Shown piece after piece: positions 39,501 through 50,674 of a DNA stretch of 64,000 nucleotides. The position numbers and the translations under genes were made by a program. Every line of letters starts with the position of its first letter. Positions within the stretch are counted from its first letter, which is position 1. The stretch spans positions 2,480,001 to 2,544,000 of the forward strand of contig CATNEN010000005.1 in NCBI GenBank assembly GCA_950097015.1. Reading direction: 5' to 3'. The DNA comes from Macrostomum hystrix (Eukaryota > Animalia > Platyhelminthes). The notes beneath the pieces were generated by a model, which was not told where the DNA came from, searched no databases, and saw only the letters and a list, made by a program, of their open reading frames with translations.

Positions 39501-40934
39501 GATTGAATGATGGAAAATGGGATCGAATGATGGAAAATTGGATTGAATGATGGAAAATGGAATCGAATGATGGAGAATGGGATCGAATGATAGAAAATGG
39601 GAACGAATGATAGAAAATGGGAACGAATGATAGAAAATGGGAACGAATGATAGAAAATGGGATCGAACGATGGAAAATGGGATCGAATGATGGAAAATGG
39701 GATCGAATGATGGAAAATGGGATTGAATGATGGAAAATGGGATCGAATGATGAAATATGGGATCGAATGATAGAAAATGGGATCGAATGATAGAAAATGG
39801 GATTGAATGATGGAAAATGGGATCGAATGATGGAAAATGGGATCGAATGATGGAAAATGGGGTCGAATGGTGGAAAATGGGTTCGAATGATGAAAATGGG
39901 ATATAATGATGGAAAATGGGGTCGAATGGTGAAAAATGGGAACGAATGGGGTGAAACGGGATAAAACTAGGATATTACGAGCTAGAAAGGGAACAGACGA
40001 TTTATTTTGAGCTATACCTACGAACAGAGATATCGATAATTCGATAATAATAAATCAAAGAAACAAGTTAAACCCACCTGGCTCCTTGACAGTGCGCTAT
40101 CATCCAGTTAAAGCTAGCCATCATTTTCAAAGTATTATTAAAATAGTGATCAACAAAATCTGCTTGAACAATATCGCCGTACTGTTTGACTTCATTAGAC
40201 AGTTTATCAGTATATTCGGTGCCTTTGGAGTCGCCTGATTTAGGCTGGCCGACCATGAACACTCGCCTGATTGCAGCAGTTGGCGAACTATAATGAGAGT
40301 CAGGCAATGTACCGCTGCCACTAATAGAAGACGAAGACGGCCAACAATTGAAATTAGCCCAAGTTTCTCGTATCAATTGTCGCTGCTCAAAGTGCGGCAA
40401 TGCAGATTTAATAACAAGGACTATTAACGGTTGCTGCTGCTGCTGCTGCTGTTGCCGTATTCTATTTTTAGTGCCGCTAGTTTTATTGGACTTGTAACAG
40501 AGGTCGCCAATATTAATCGGATAGTGAAACGGGTATCGATTGATTGGCGCCACACTAATTGGAAAATTGTGCCGGACACGACTAACTAGATGCACCATAT
40601 CCACTAATAGAGGATATCTAAAGTCTTCGCTACCAATGTGTACCAAATCTTTGTTAGTATCGTTGTCAACTCTCAGATAGACATTGTACTCTGGCAGAGC
40701 TAAGATGGCGTCCAACGGATTAGGCTTAGCCGGTCCAGGCTTAGGCTTAGCCGTATTAGCGAATGTAAAATAACTAATAAGTATAGTACTGTGTATACAC
40801 AGGATGATAAATACAACAAGGAAGGCGGGATTTTTCACTACTTCGCAGCAGATTTCTCCGCACACAACAATACAGGAGCCGCATTGATGCACTGGTGCGC
40901 ACAGACAGCGAAGAACGCGCTTAATTGGCAGCAT
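36504..40934 (-). CDS. brn: Beta-1,3-glycosyltransferase (GT31, brainiac/B3GalT-like), about 460 aa; exons 40934-40078, 38225-37944, 36747-36504
   Basis: Type II TM anchor; IKSA..HFEQRQLIRETW; GDIVQADFVDHYFNNTLKMM; FLDDDY (DxD); EYPWPMYPAYVSAGA; RFDDVFLGI; IASHGY. Both junctions are phase 2 and consistent. Confidence 0.93.
37045..37918. repeat. 30-bp minisatellite GTTACACCTACGGATTAGGATTA(C/A)CTGTGA, in brn intron 2
   Basis: Period 30; one 2-bp deletion near 37400 shifts the artefact ORF frame. Confidence 0.97.
38330..39960. repeat. 20-bp minisatellite AAAATGGGATCGAATGAT(GG/GA/AG), in brn intron 1
   Basis: Period 20, degenerate at both edges. Confidence 0.97.
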
Positions 40935-41148
40935 TCAAATTCCTAGAATTTGCTTTTTCAGAAGCAGATTCCGGAAGGCGACCAGTTAAATATGCTCTTC
41001 TTTGCTTCAAAAAAGACACCTTTTCACGCGAGGACTTATTCTTTGGATTGTCACTATTTTTGTACTCGTTGCTGAAACAAATTACGAATTTTTTTAAAAT
41101 GTATATTCTTTAGAAAGAAACTTTGTCCTTGAGTATTTGCATCTAGTA

Positions 41149-41410
41149 GGGGTTGTAGCCCAGTGGTTAGAGCGTCTGACTCACGACTTAAATGTTAAAG
41201 GTTCGATTCCCGATTCAATTGGAACAATATGCGGCCTTTAGCAAATCAGTTAACTCTGCTTTGTTCAGTTCAGTTCACCCAGTTCAGTTCACCCAGCTGT
41301 TAAACTGGTACCAGCATTAGCTGGGGTAATTGAGGGTGGGTGTAGAGTCCCCACAGTCCATGGACTGAACAGCCGTACGCAGCCTTCAGATGCGTCGCGC
41401 AATAGCTATG
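41149..41410 (+). mobile_element. tRNA-derived SINE family C, 3'-truncated
   Basis: GGGGTTGTAGCCCAGTGGTTAGAGCG...GGTTCGATTCCCG head; CAGTTCACCCAGCTGTTAAA core; second copy at 49870-50158. Confidence 0.85.
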
Positions 41411-41832
41411 GTGTCAAGTGGCACGCAAAACACTGTTCCAAATCGAGAAGCTAATTATCTATTAGTCTATGGCCAAAGCCAAGCGAGAGATAGTCTACTC
41501 TAATGAATCAGTGGAAATGTTGATCTCAAAAAGTCCTTAATAGCGTACATAACATGCCAACTTCTTCTAACTAGGGGAAATTAAAATTAATATTAAAATA
41601 AGAAACGACAATAAACAAGTATTGAAACAAAATAATTAACTACTTCGCAGTGTCCATCCGTTCAATGTAAATGATTTTAGTCTTTAAATCAGATGATATT
41701 GTTTTTAACACAAATACTAATTTATGTTATGCAGTAGTTTTTCTGACTACAAAAACAGAAAGTACGGCTAAAATAAGTTAATGCTTAAATATATAAACCT
41801 TTCATCTGTGAAAGTCATTACAAACAATTCGT

Positions 41833-42519
41833 TTAGTCTTTCTGAGATCTAAACCTACTACTTGATGTGTAATCTTCGTCCCACATTCTCTGCTGCTGCT
41901 GCTGCTGCCGCTGATCAGTCTGATTATTTTGACGACGCTCGTCATAATCGTAGTCGCCACCAACTGGCTGTTGGTACTGATCGCTGACAGAACCGTAGCC
42001 ATACTCTGGCCGGTACGGTGTGTCAGGGGGCGAGCGCTGCTGCTGCTGCTGCTGCTGCTGTTGCTGCGACCTCTGCTGAGAAGAAGATAGCGGAGGTGGC
42101 GGTGGCGGGTCTGACAAGTCGGGTACAATCGACTGATTGTCCAACGAGATGTCTTGCTTCATCTGCGACTGCTGCTGTCCAAAGCGCTGCTGCTGCTGGT
42201 GCTGCTGGTCAGGTTGACGCTTTGTTAACATGGCCTTAACAGCACTCTGCGTTTCATCTAAATCTTTAAATTTCTCTCGACAGACGTTTAAATAAGAAAC
42301 TCGGCCGAGCACATTGCCGGCAATGGCGGCGCCAAGATATCGGGCCACTATAAATCGTTTATAATGGCCCATGCGATGACGCCAGAAGGTCATTACGCAC
42401 AGGGCCGCACTAAATGGTATGCAGCGCCTATAAAAACTCTCTTGGCCGCATTGACGCAACAGTTCCCTATCTAGATCGGTTAGGGTTATGTCGCCGCTGC
42501 GATTGGTGCCAGGAAGTGC
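41833..42519 (-). CDS. OCIAD1: OCIA-domain protein (asrij/OCIAD1-like) with polyQ C-terminus; start codon unresolved
   Basis: LTDLDRELLRQCGQESFYRRCIP...GRVSYLNVCREKFKDL matches the OCIA domain; acceptor tttcag|GCA at 42520; 229 open codons to stop. Confidence 0.85.
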   Translation of the reverse strand, partial: ALPGTNRSGDITLTDLDRELLRQCGQESFYRRCIPFSAALCVMTFWRHRMGHYKRFIVARYLGAAIAGNVLGRVSYLNVCREKFKDLDETQSAVKAMLTKRQPDQQHQQQQRFGQQQSQMKQDISLDNQSIVPDLSDPPPPPPLSSSQQRSQQQQQQQQQQRSPPDTPYRPEYGYGSVSDQYQQPVGGDYDYDERRQNNQTDQRQQQQQQRMWDEDYTSSSRFRSQKD

Positions 42520-44061
42520 CTGAAATTATATAACAATTCACTTTTTAACCATGAAGCCTGCATACATTTTCTGTAACTTAATAACTATGTCCAAAAGTCT
42601 GAAAGGTGCAAGTTTGATTGCTCGAGTTTTTACATAGTATTTAGCATACAATTGAATCCACCAAAAAATAGGCTGCTTTACTCAGAAGCACCGAAAGTAA
42701 GCATCTAAAAAAACATCCCGATTCATTGCTTTTTGACTTGTAAGGAAGCATCTCAATTCGGAAGAATCAAGAAAAGAAATGTAGAACTGCAATCAGGATT
42801 CAGGTTTTCAGACTGCAAAATTCCTACATTTTAGTCTACCGCTAGCACGTAAAATCCGGGTGAGATGATGTCACAATTATGTACTCGCCAAATCTCATTG
42901 TGTGTCCTCCAAAAGTAAAATACTGCAGTTGCAGCTTATTTGCTTCAGTCTTCACTCACATTCAATTAATTATAGACAATTAATGCTTCCAGACTTTTAC
43001 AAGTTGAACTCAAGAGCAAACTAAGCTGCAAGGTGCAAAGCACTCGTTGCAGTGCCAATTAGCCAGAATGAGCTTGTTGAACCGCCGGTGCTTTAAAAAA
43101 CTTGCAAAAACAAATGACAAACAAATTAGCCACCTCAGCCGAGCGACGCTGAGAATTTAAGGGAGGCAACGCTGCCACAAAGCGAAGATCAGGATAAGAC
43201 ACGCTGCGCATTTGTCCCAGCTTACAAAGTGCCTATTTGCTGGCATTGTGTCCAATACACGACGTCTAATACTCGCGTTGTGTAATCAAAGTAAACAAAG
43301 AAAATAGAAAATACAGCAACAAGCCAACTAGTGAGAAAACAATATTAAATTTTGCTTATTTATTTAGCTCCAGTCTAAAATTTAAAGCTATTTTAAGGGG
43401 CTGACAAAAAATAGTTTTTGGTTCAATGTTTTATTAGTTCCAACAGTATATAGCTACATAAATTGGACTATACTAGCTAGGACTACAAAAAATACTTTGT
43501 CATTTATTATTTTCCAAAAACATTTTCTTAGAATCTCTATTTCCGATTTAAATGAGTTGCAGATAATAAGTTTTCTGAAGTTAAAAATTTGATCAATAAA
43601 ATGAACAACATGATTCTTAACTTTTAATAATAGGCCTATTTCTTAACAGATAATCACTGAACAACCAACATAGGATAGGAGACAGTACAGGACCATAGGG
43701 CATAGAGTGATACATATTCTATAATATTAATATTAGGTGTTAATATAGCAAGCTTGCATACATACAGTGAGTAGATAAAATGAGAGAATATAAACTGCAG
43801 CATGCTGTCTGGGAGCATATATGTCTATATATAATACATATTATTACTACCCCTTTAAGTTTTCCATAGATTAAAATATGGGCTAGGCTAACTGCAACTG
43901 GCACTAAACTGTAGGCCTAATACAAATTTGTAATACAATGTAATACAATACAATGCAATACATTTTAAGTCATTAAAATAAGCAGTATGTGATAATAACT
44001 AATATATTTATTTACTTCTTAGCATGCATGTTACAGCCTAGTCTAGCATATCTCGGAAAAT

Positions 44062-44062
44062 G

Positions 44063-44093
<31 letters not shown>

Positions 44094-44102
44094 TATATAT
44101 AT
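44062..44102. repeat. (TA)n microsatellite
   Basis: Direct reading. Confidence 0.9.
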
Positions 44103-45764
44103 AAGTAAATTGTACATACGATACTTGCGCGGCATCAAAACTAATTAAAATGAAGAAGTATAGATCGTGTTTAAACAAGAATTCAGAAAAAAACAAATAC
44201 TCACTTCATTCTGGCATTAAAAGATAAAATATTACCAGGGAAGTTGCAGACGGTACCAATTAGATTTATATACATTTGCCAGAATTGAAAATATGTAATA
44301 TTAAATGACATAAGGCTGAATTTTCACGTTTCAATTATTTGTGTTGTAAACACTCTCGTTCGTAACTTTTTAAACTGCAGCTATTATTTGAGCTAATATT
44401 ACACATTTTTTCCGATCAAACTTTACTTCCACATAATTTCTTTATCGTGCTCCCACTTATATTACCAAAAACTTGCTTTTGAATAGCTTGATAAATATAC
44501 TTCATCTCTTTATTTTGCTTAGTAACTTTTCCAAGATCACTAATTAATTACTACTACTAATGTTTATACAGATCGGGGATGCTGCACCGTGAACATTCTC
44601 TCCTTCACCTTTATCATAAAGGATTATGTAAATCTGAGAGTTGCAAGAAAAAAGTACATTAGAACAACATTCTTATTAGCAAGCGCATTTTTTAATTTTA
44701 GTCATCCTCGCATGCATTCTGGTTTACTCTGCTACTCATAATAGAACATTAGGCGCATGGACATTTTTGATGGTAAAAATAGCTTTTTGGGGGACAAGTT
44801 TACCGAAATGTTTCAACAGCCTCAATAGTAAATCGCTCTTTCGAACTAATTAGTATTTTTTAGACAAAATAAGCATAATTCTTCACTAGAGCGCCAAAAG
44901 TGTAGAGTTAAATATCTAGCTGCATATATAGAGCCTTGATTGTCTCATATTGAAAAGAAGAAAAACCAAATAATATAAATCTATCCGAATTGTGCAATGC
45001 GGCATTGAAGTTCTCATCTTGATTTTATTGCCCCCGCATTTCCAACTTTATGCAAACATTTATACACCAACACAGCTAGAAAAAGAATAAAGGCAGTGCT
45101 AGCAATTTTTTTCAACCCTGATCTGCACAAACACACCCTTCTGTGTTGGCGCCTGATTGTCGCCTGAACCTCCCATTTCTGTGCGTGTGTGTGTGCGCGT
45201 GATGTGTTGCCGGCCATGCATGGTGTATAGGATTTTTTCTCTTCTCTGTCAGCAAAAAGCGACCCCCCGCCACCGCCGCCACCGCCGCTGCCGCCGCCAC
45301 CGCCGCCCTGTTGTCGCCGTGTCAGCTATTGTATTATTCCTTCTATCTCGGCGGCGGCGGCGGCGGACCTCACAGCTGCAGCCGCTGACGCCGCCACAGC
45401 CGCCGCGCCATACGTGGCAGTACAACAAACGCCTGACCCTTATCGGTACGCGCACACACATTCTGCAGTATATTATAGAAAAATCGACAATAAATAAAAA
45501 GACAGAAGATCAAAAGAGACAGGATGGGGCAGATCGTATGTGGTGTGAATTTAGAAATCATTCTATCATCTGCTGTGCTTTATTCCGCAATTAGATGGAA
45601 CTGTTCACTCCTTTTTTGGCGCCAGCAATTCTCACCTCTCACCTCTCTTTAAACATTATTTTGTGCGCCTCGAGGCCAGCACCCGCAGCTGTCTGAACTT
45701 TACTTTTTATCTAATTGTCAGCATTCTTTTAGACGAACAAATCAAAGCTTAACTCAGATTATTA

Positions 45765-46515
45765 ACTTGATTTTTCACAATTCCGAATCTTCCCAGTTCC
45801 GAATCTTCACAATTCCGAATCTTCCCAGTTCCGAATCTTCACAATTCCGAATCTTTACAATTCCGAATTTTCACAATTCCGAATCTTCACAATTCAGAAT
45901 CTTCACAATTCAGAATCTTCACAATTCAGAATCTTCACAATTCAGAATCTTCACAATTCAGAATCTTCACAATTCAGAATCTTCACAATTCCGAATCTTC
46001 ACAATTCCGAATCTTCACAATTCTGATTCTTCACAATTCTGATTCTTCACAATTCTGATTCTTCACAATTCTGATTCTTCACAATTCCGATTCTTCACAA
46101 TTCTGATTCTTCACAATTCTGATTCTTCACAATTCCGATTCTTCACAATTCTGATTCTTCACAATTCCGAATCTTTACAATTCCGATTCTTTACAATTCC
46201 GATTCTTTACAATTCCGAATCTTCACAATTCCGAATCTTCACAATTCCGAATCTTCACAATTCCGATTCTTTACAATTCCGAATCTTCACAATTCCGATT
46301 CTTTACAATTCCGATTCTTCACAATTCCGATTCTTTACAATTCCGATTCTTCACAATTCCGAATCTTCACAATTCCGAATCTTCACAATTCCGAATCTTC
46401 ACAATTCAGAATCTTCACAATTCAGAATCTTCACAATTCAGAATCTTCACAATTCCGAATCTTCACAATTCCGAATCTTCACAATTCCGAATCTTCACAA
46501 TTCCGAATCTTCACA
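45765..46515. repeat. 16-bp minisatellite TTCCGAATCTTCACAA
   Basis: Period 16. Confidence 0.96.
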
Positions 46516-47199
46516 GTTACCAATATTTACGAGTTAAATTAAATTTACAGATATTTTACTTCACCATCTCGGTGAATCCGTTACAATTCAGTCGGATATT
46601 TTGTCTTACCAAGTATTTATTTAACCGTTTTAATTAGTTTACTATATTTAATTATCGTGCTGTCCGAACTAATAATAATAATAATAATGAATAGAAGCGA
46701 CTCAGTGTGAGCAATGGTTAAAACCCCATTAGCATTTTCGCCTTTAAAAGCATTTAGTAGGTGTCATAAATCATTGAATAGAAAGTCCGCTAGATGTAAT
46801 AATATATTAATAAATTTGCATATAACCTGGACCGGACCGGCTAATTCAGTCTCACAATAGCTGAAACTAGCGCTCAGAATGAGAAGTGTCAGGAGAGCGC
46901 GCGTTCTGTTTATGTGCTTTTTTGGCCCGATTCAGCTTTCTATTAATTTCGCAGAATGATAATTAAAAAAACAAATAATTTTATATAATTAATCAAAGAA
47001 AGGAGTAAAGAATAGAATTAAGACGAACGGCATTCATTCGACAATTAAGCCACTAAAAATGCATGAACTATTGTAAACAATAAACATCTCCAGTACGTAC
47101 TTCTGAAGAATACGGCACATTCAACAGTAGCAATTACAATTAAATGATTCTTGAAGGATCGTAGCAAAACATCTCAGGTTTTCGCAACATCATCCTGTG

Positions 47200-48942
47200 T
47201 TTTTAAAGTCTCATCTTTTATTTTTTCAAAGTCTCAACCAGTCTTTTCAAAATCTCATCCTCTGTCTTTTCTAAGTCTCATTCCCTGTCTTTTCAAAATC
47301 TCATCCTCTGTCTTTTCAAAATCTCATCCTCTGTCTTTTCTAAGTCTCATTCCCTGTCTTTTCTAAATCTCATTCTCTGTCTTTTCTAAATCTCATTCTC
47401 TGTCTTTTCAAAATCTCATCCTCTGTCTTTTCTAAGTCTCATTCTCTGTCTTTTCTAAATCTCATCCTCTGTCTTTTCTAAGTCTCATTCCCTGTCTTTT
47501 CTAAATCTCATTCTCTGTCTTTTCTAAATCTCATTCTCTGTCTTTTCAAAATCGCATCCTCTGTCTTTTCTAAGTCTCATTCTCTGTCTTTTCAAAATCT
47601 CATCCTCTGTATTTTCTAAATCTTATCCTCTGTCTTTTTTAAGTCTCATCCTCTGTCTTTTCTAAATCTTATCCTCTGTCTTTTCTAAGTCTCATTCACT
47701 GTCTTTTCTAAATCTCATCCTCTGTCTTTTCTAAGTCTCATTCACTGTCTTTTCTAAATCTCATCCTCTGTCTTTTCTAAATCTCATTCTCTGTCTTTTC
47801 TAAATCTCATCCTCTGTCTTTTCTAAATCTCATCCTCTGTCTTTTCTAAATCTCATTCTCTGTCTTTTCTAAATCTCATCCTCTGTCTTTTCTAAGTCTC
47901 ATCCTCTGTCTTTTCTTAGTCTCATCCTCTGTCTTCTAAGTCTCATTCTCTGTCTTTTCTAAATCTCATCCTCTGTCTTCTAAGTCTCATCCTCTGTCTT
48001 TTCTAAATCTTATCCTCTGTCTTTTCAAAATCTCATCCTCTGTCTTTTCTAAATCTCATCCCCTGTCTTTTCAAAATCTCATCCTCTGTCTTTTCTAAGT
48101 CTCATTCACTGTCTTTTCTAAATCTCATTCACTGTCTTTTCTAAGTCTCATTCACTGTCTTTTCTAAATCTCATCCTCTGTCTTTTCTAAGTCTCATTCA
48201 CTGTCTTTTCTAAATCTCATCCTCTGTCTTTTCTAAGTCTCATTCACTGTCTTTTCTAAATCTCATCCTCTGTCTTTTCTAAATCTCATTCTCTGTCTTT
48301 TCTAAATCTCATCCTCTGTCTTTTCTAAATCTCATCCTCTGTCTTTTCTAAATCTCATCCTCTGTCTTTTCTAAATCTCATTCTCTGTCTTTTCTAAATC
48401 TCATCCTCTGTCTTTTCTAAATCTCATCCTCTGTCTTTTCTAAATCTCATTCTCTGTCTTTTCTAAATCTCATCCTCTGTCTTCTAAGTCTCATTCTCTG
48501 TCTTTTCTAAATCTCATCCTCTGTCTTTTCTAAATCTCATCCCCTGTCTTTTCAAAATCTCATCCTCTGTCTTTTCTAAGTCTCATTCACTGTCTTTTCT
48601 AAATCTCATTCACTGTCTTTTCTAAGTCTCATTCACTGTCTTTTCTAAATCTCATCCTCTGTCTTTTCTAAGTCTCATTCACTGTCTTTTCTAAATCTCA
48701 TCCTCTGTCTTTTCTAAGTCTCATTCACTGTCTTTTCTAAATCTCATCCTCTGTCTTTTCTAAATCTCATTCTCTGTCTTTTCTAAATCTCATCCTCTGT
48801 CTTTTCTAAATCTCATCCTCTGTCTTTTCTAAATCTCATTCTCTGTCTTTTCTAAATCTCATCCTCTGTCTTTTCTAAGTCTCATCCTCTGTCTTTTCTT
48901 AGTCTCATCCTCTGTCTTTTCTTAGTCTCATCCTCTGTCTTT
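47200..48942. repeat. 23-bp pyrimidine-rich minisatellite CTGTCTTTTCTAAATCTCATCCT
   Basis: Period 23; a ~480-bp block is duplicated (variant CCCTGTCTTTTCAAAATC at about 48060 and 48541). Confidence 0.97.
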
Positions 48943-49325
48943 CCATGACACCCTAGCGTAATTTGACACCAACAATCAAATCAAAATTGACCCATACAAC
49001 GAGTAAGCGGGTCATTGTTAATTTGTTAAAAATCTAAAAAAGAATTCTAATTAAAAAGACTACACCTGTAGTCTTTGGACACAGCAATATTTTCAGATTC
49101 AGATTGCGAACCATAAAATCGCGGCGCGCTAAAAGTTATCGGTTAATATTTTTGTCAGGTGACAAAACTGCTGTCTGTAGCTATATTTTTTTCTTTTGAG
49201 TTGAAATTTGAGTGTCGATAGATAGAGAGAATACAGCTGTGTGTGTGTGTTAGACAGACAAGCACACGCTTCATGGAGACACTTCTATAGGGAGACACTT
49301 GGCGCCATGGACTAACAGAGTCAGT

Positions 49326-49356
<31 letters not shown>

Positions 49357-49869
49357 GCAGCAGCAGTAGCAATTTATAACACGCCAATGGGTTAGCAAAC
49401 TGACAAACAGCATGTGCCTGAAATGCCCCCAAAACCCACCCTGCGTGCCCAACCCATACAGGCGCCAAACGCGACAGGACAAGAGATTTTCTCTTCACAA
49501 TTTGTCAAGTTTGCTTTTTAAAGAGTGAAGAAAAAAAATTATTATAAAGCATATTATACGAGGCTTGCCGCGCTGCAGACAACAGACACCCCACTGCAGT
49601 GGCGCCAGCAACTGTGTGAAGTAAGCAGAATTAAAAAACACAAAGACAACTGCATGCCCCCCATTCAATTGGTGTGCCATCTTCATGTTATAATATAGAC
49701 TTGAATTCCGAATGCTGTCAATTGCCTCAACTCCTGCTCTGTTCATATTGAGGCCGTTCGTGACGTCTGTGAATATAAATTTCTGCTTGTCAAAGAGAAT
49801 TAATTTTTACATGATAGCTAATATACTCGTAGTTTATAGAGAAACACAGCATTAAATTTAAAAACAAAA

Positions 49870-50158
49870 ATTATTATTATTATTTACACCTGCCCCAATT
49901 GGGTCAGATGTGCAGCTGGCAGCACAGCCGCAGCTAATGCGCGGCGCATCTGAAGGCTGCGTACGGCTGTTCAGTCCATGGACTGGGGGGACGCCACACC
50001 CACCCTCAATTATCCCAGCTGATGCTGGTACCCATTTAACAGCTGGGTGAACTGAAGCAATGCAGAGTTAAGTGTCTTGCTGAAGGGCACAAATTGTTCC
50101 AGTGAAGTCGGGAATCGAACCCCCGACCTTCAAGTCGTGAGTCCGATGCCCTAACCAC
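49870..50158 (-). mobile_element. SINE family C, with (AAT)n tail
   Basis: Reverse complement: tRNA-like head ..GGGGGTTCGATTCCCG, CCCTTCAGCAAGACACTTAACTCTGCATTGCTTCAGTTCACCCAGCTGTTAAATGGGTACC, tail GTGTAAATAATAATAAT. Confidence 0.88.
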
Positions 50159-50531
50159 TTTTATAATTTCCCGATCGTTTGTTTCTTTCAAAATGTTTGT
50201 TTTAATAGAAAGGCAGAATAAATTCTACAAATTTTAGCTGAAGATTGTAAATCTACCTGTTTTATCTAAAGTTTTTCCTAAAAAATCCTAAAATCTGTTA
50301 GGAATGCTTCATGCAGTGAGTGGTGTCAATTCTAGATCCCAATTTCTGAGTGTCAACTCTTGCAACAAGAAAACCTGCCCCACCAAAACAGTCTGGGGTC
50401 TGGCGCCGGTGTGTCGGCGAGGTGTGGCTTGCGTGTTGAACAAAAGTGATATATTTATGGCACCGACGGGCGCCAGTAACACCTCCAACCACCCCAACCC
50501 CAGGCCAACCCCAGTGTTTTCCGCTCGCTCT

Positions 50532-50604
50532 CCAATTGAAAACAGCGGAAGGCAGAACCAATAGGAGACGATGGGACGGGAGCGACTTGGGAAGGCATAT
50601 AAAA
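50532..50604 (+). promoter_or_regulatory. Candidate core promoter of Tbx2/3: CCAAT (50532, 50558) and TATAAAA (50598-50604)
   Basis: Motif order and spacing; ATG 70 nt after the TATA. Confidence 0.5.
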
Positions 50605-50674
50605 CTGTTTAATTTCAATTTAGCAAAGAAAAAAGTCTGTTCAAATAGATCGGGAAGCAAAATTTCGCTAGAAA

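Noticed and set aside
41149-41225. Possible tRNA genes (also 2752, 8527, 50090-50158)
   Set aside because: The cloverleaf is degenerate and each continues into a shared SINE body
42520-42552. ATG|gttaaa as OCIAD1 start exon
   Set aside because: It would need a 30-nt intron, while the shortest supported intron here is 72 nt; unspliced read-through hits TGA
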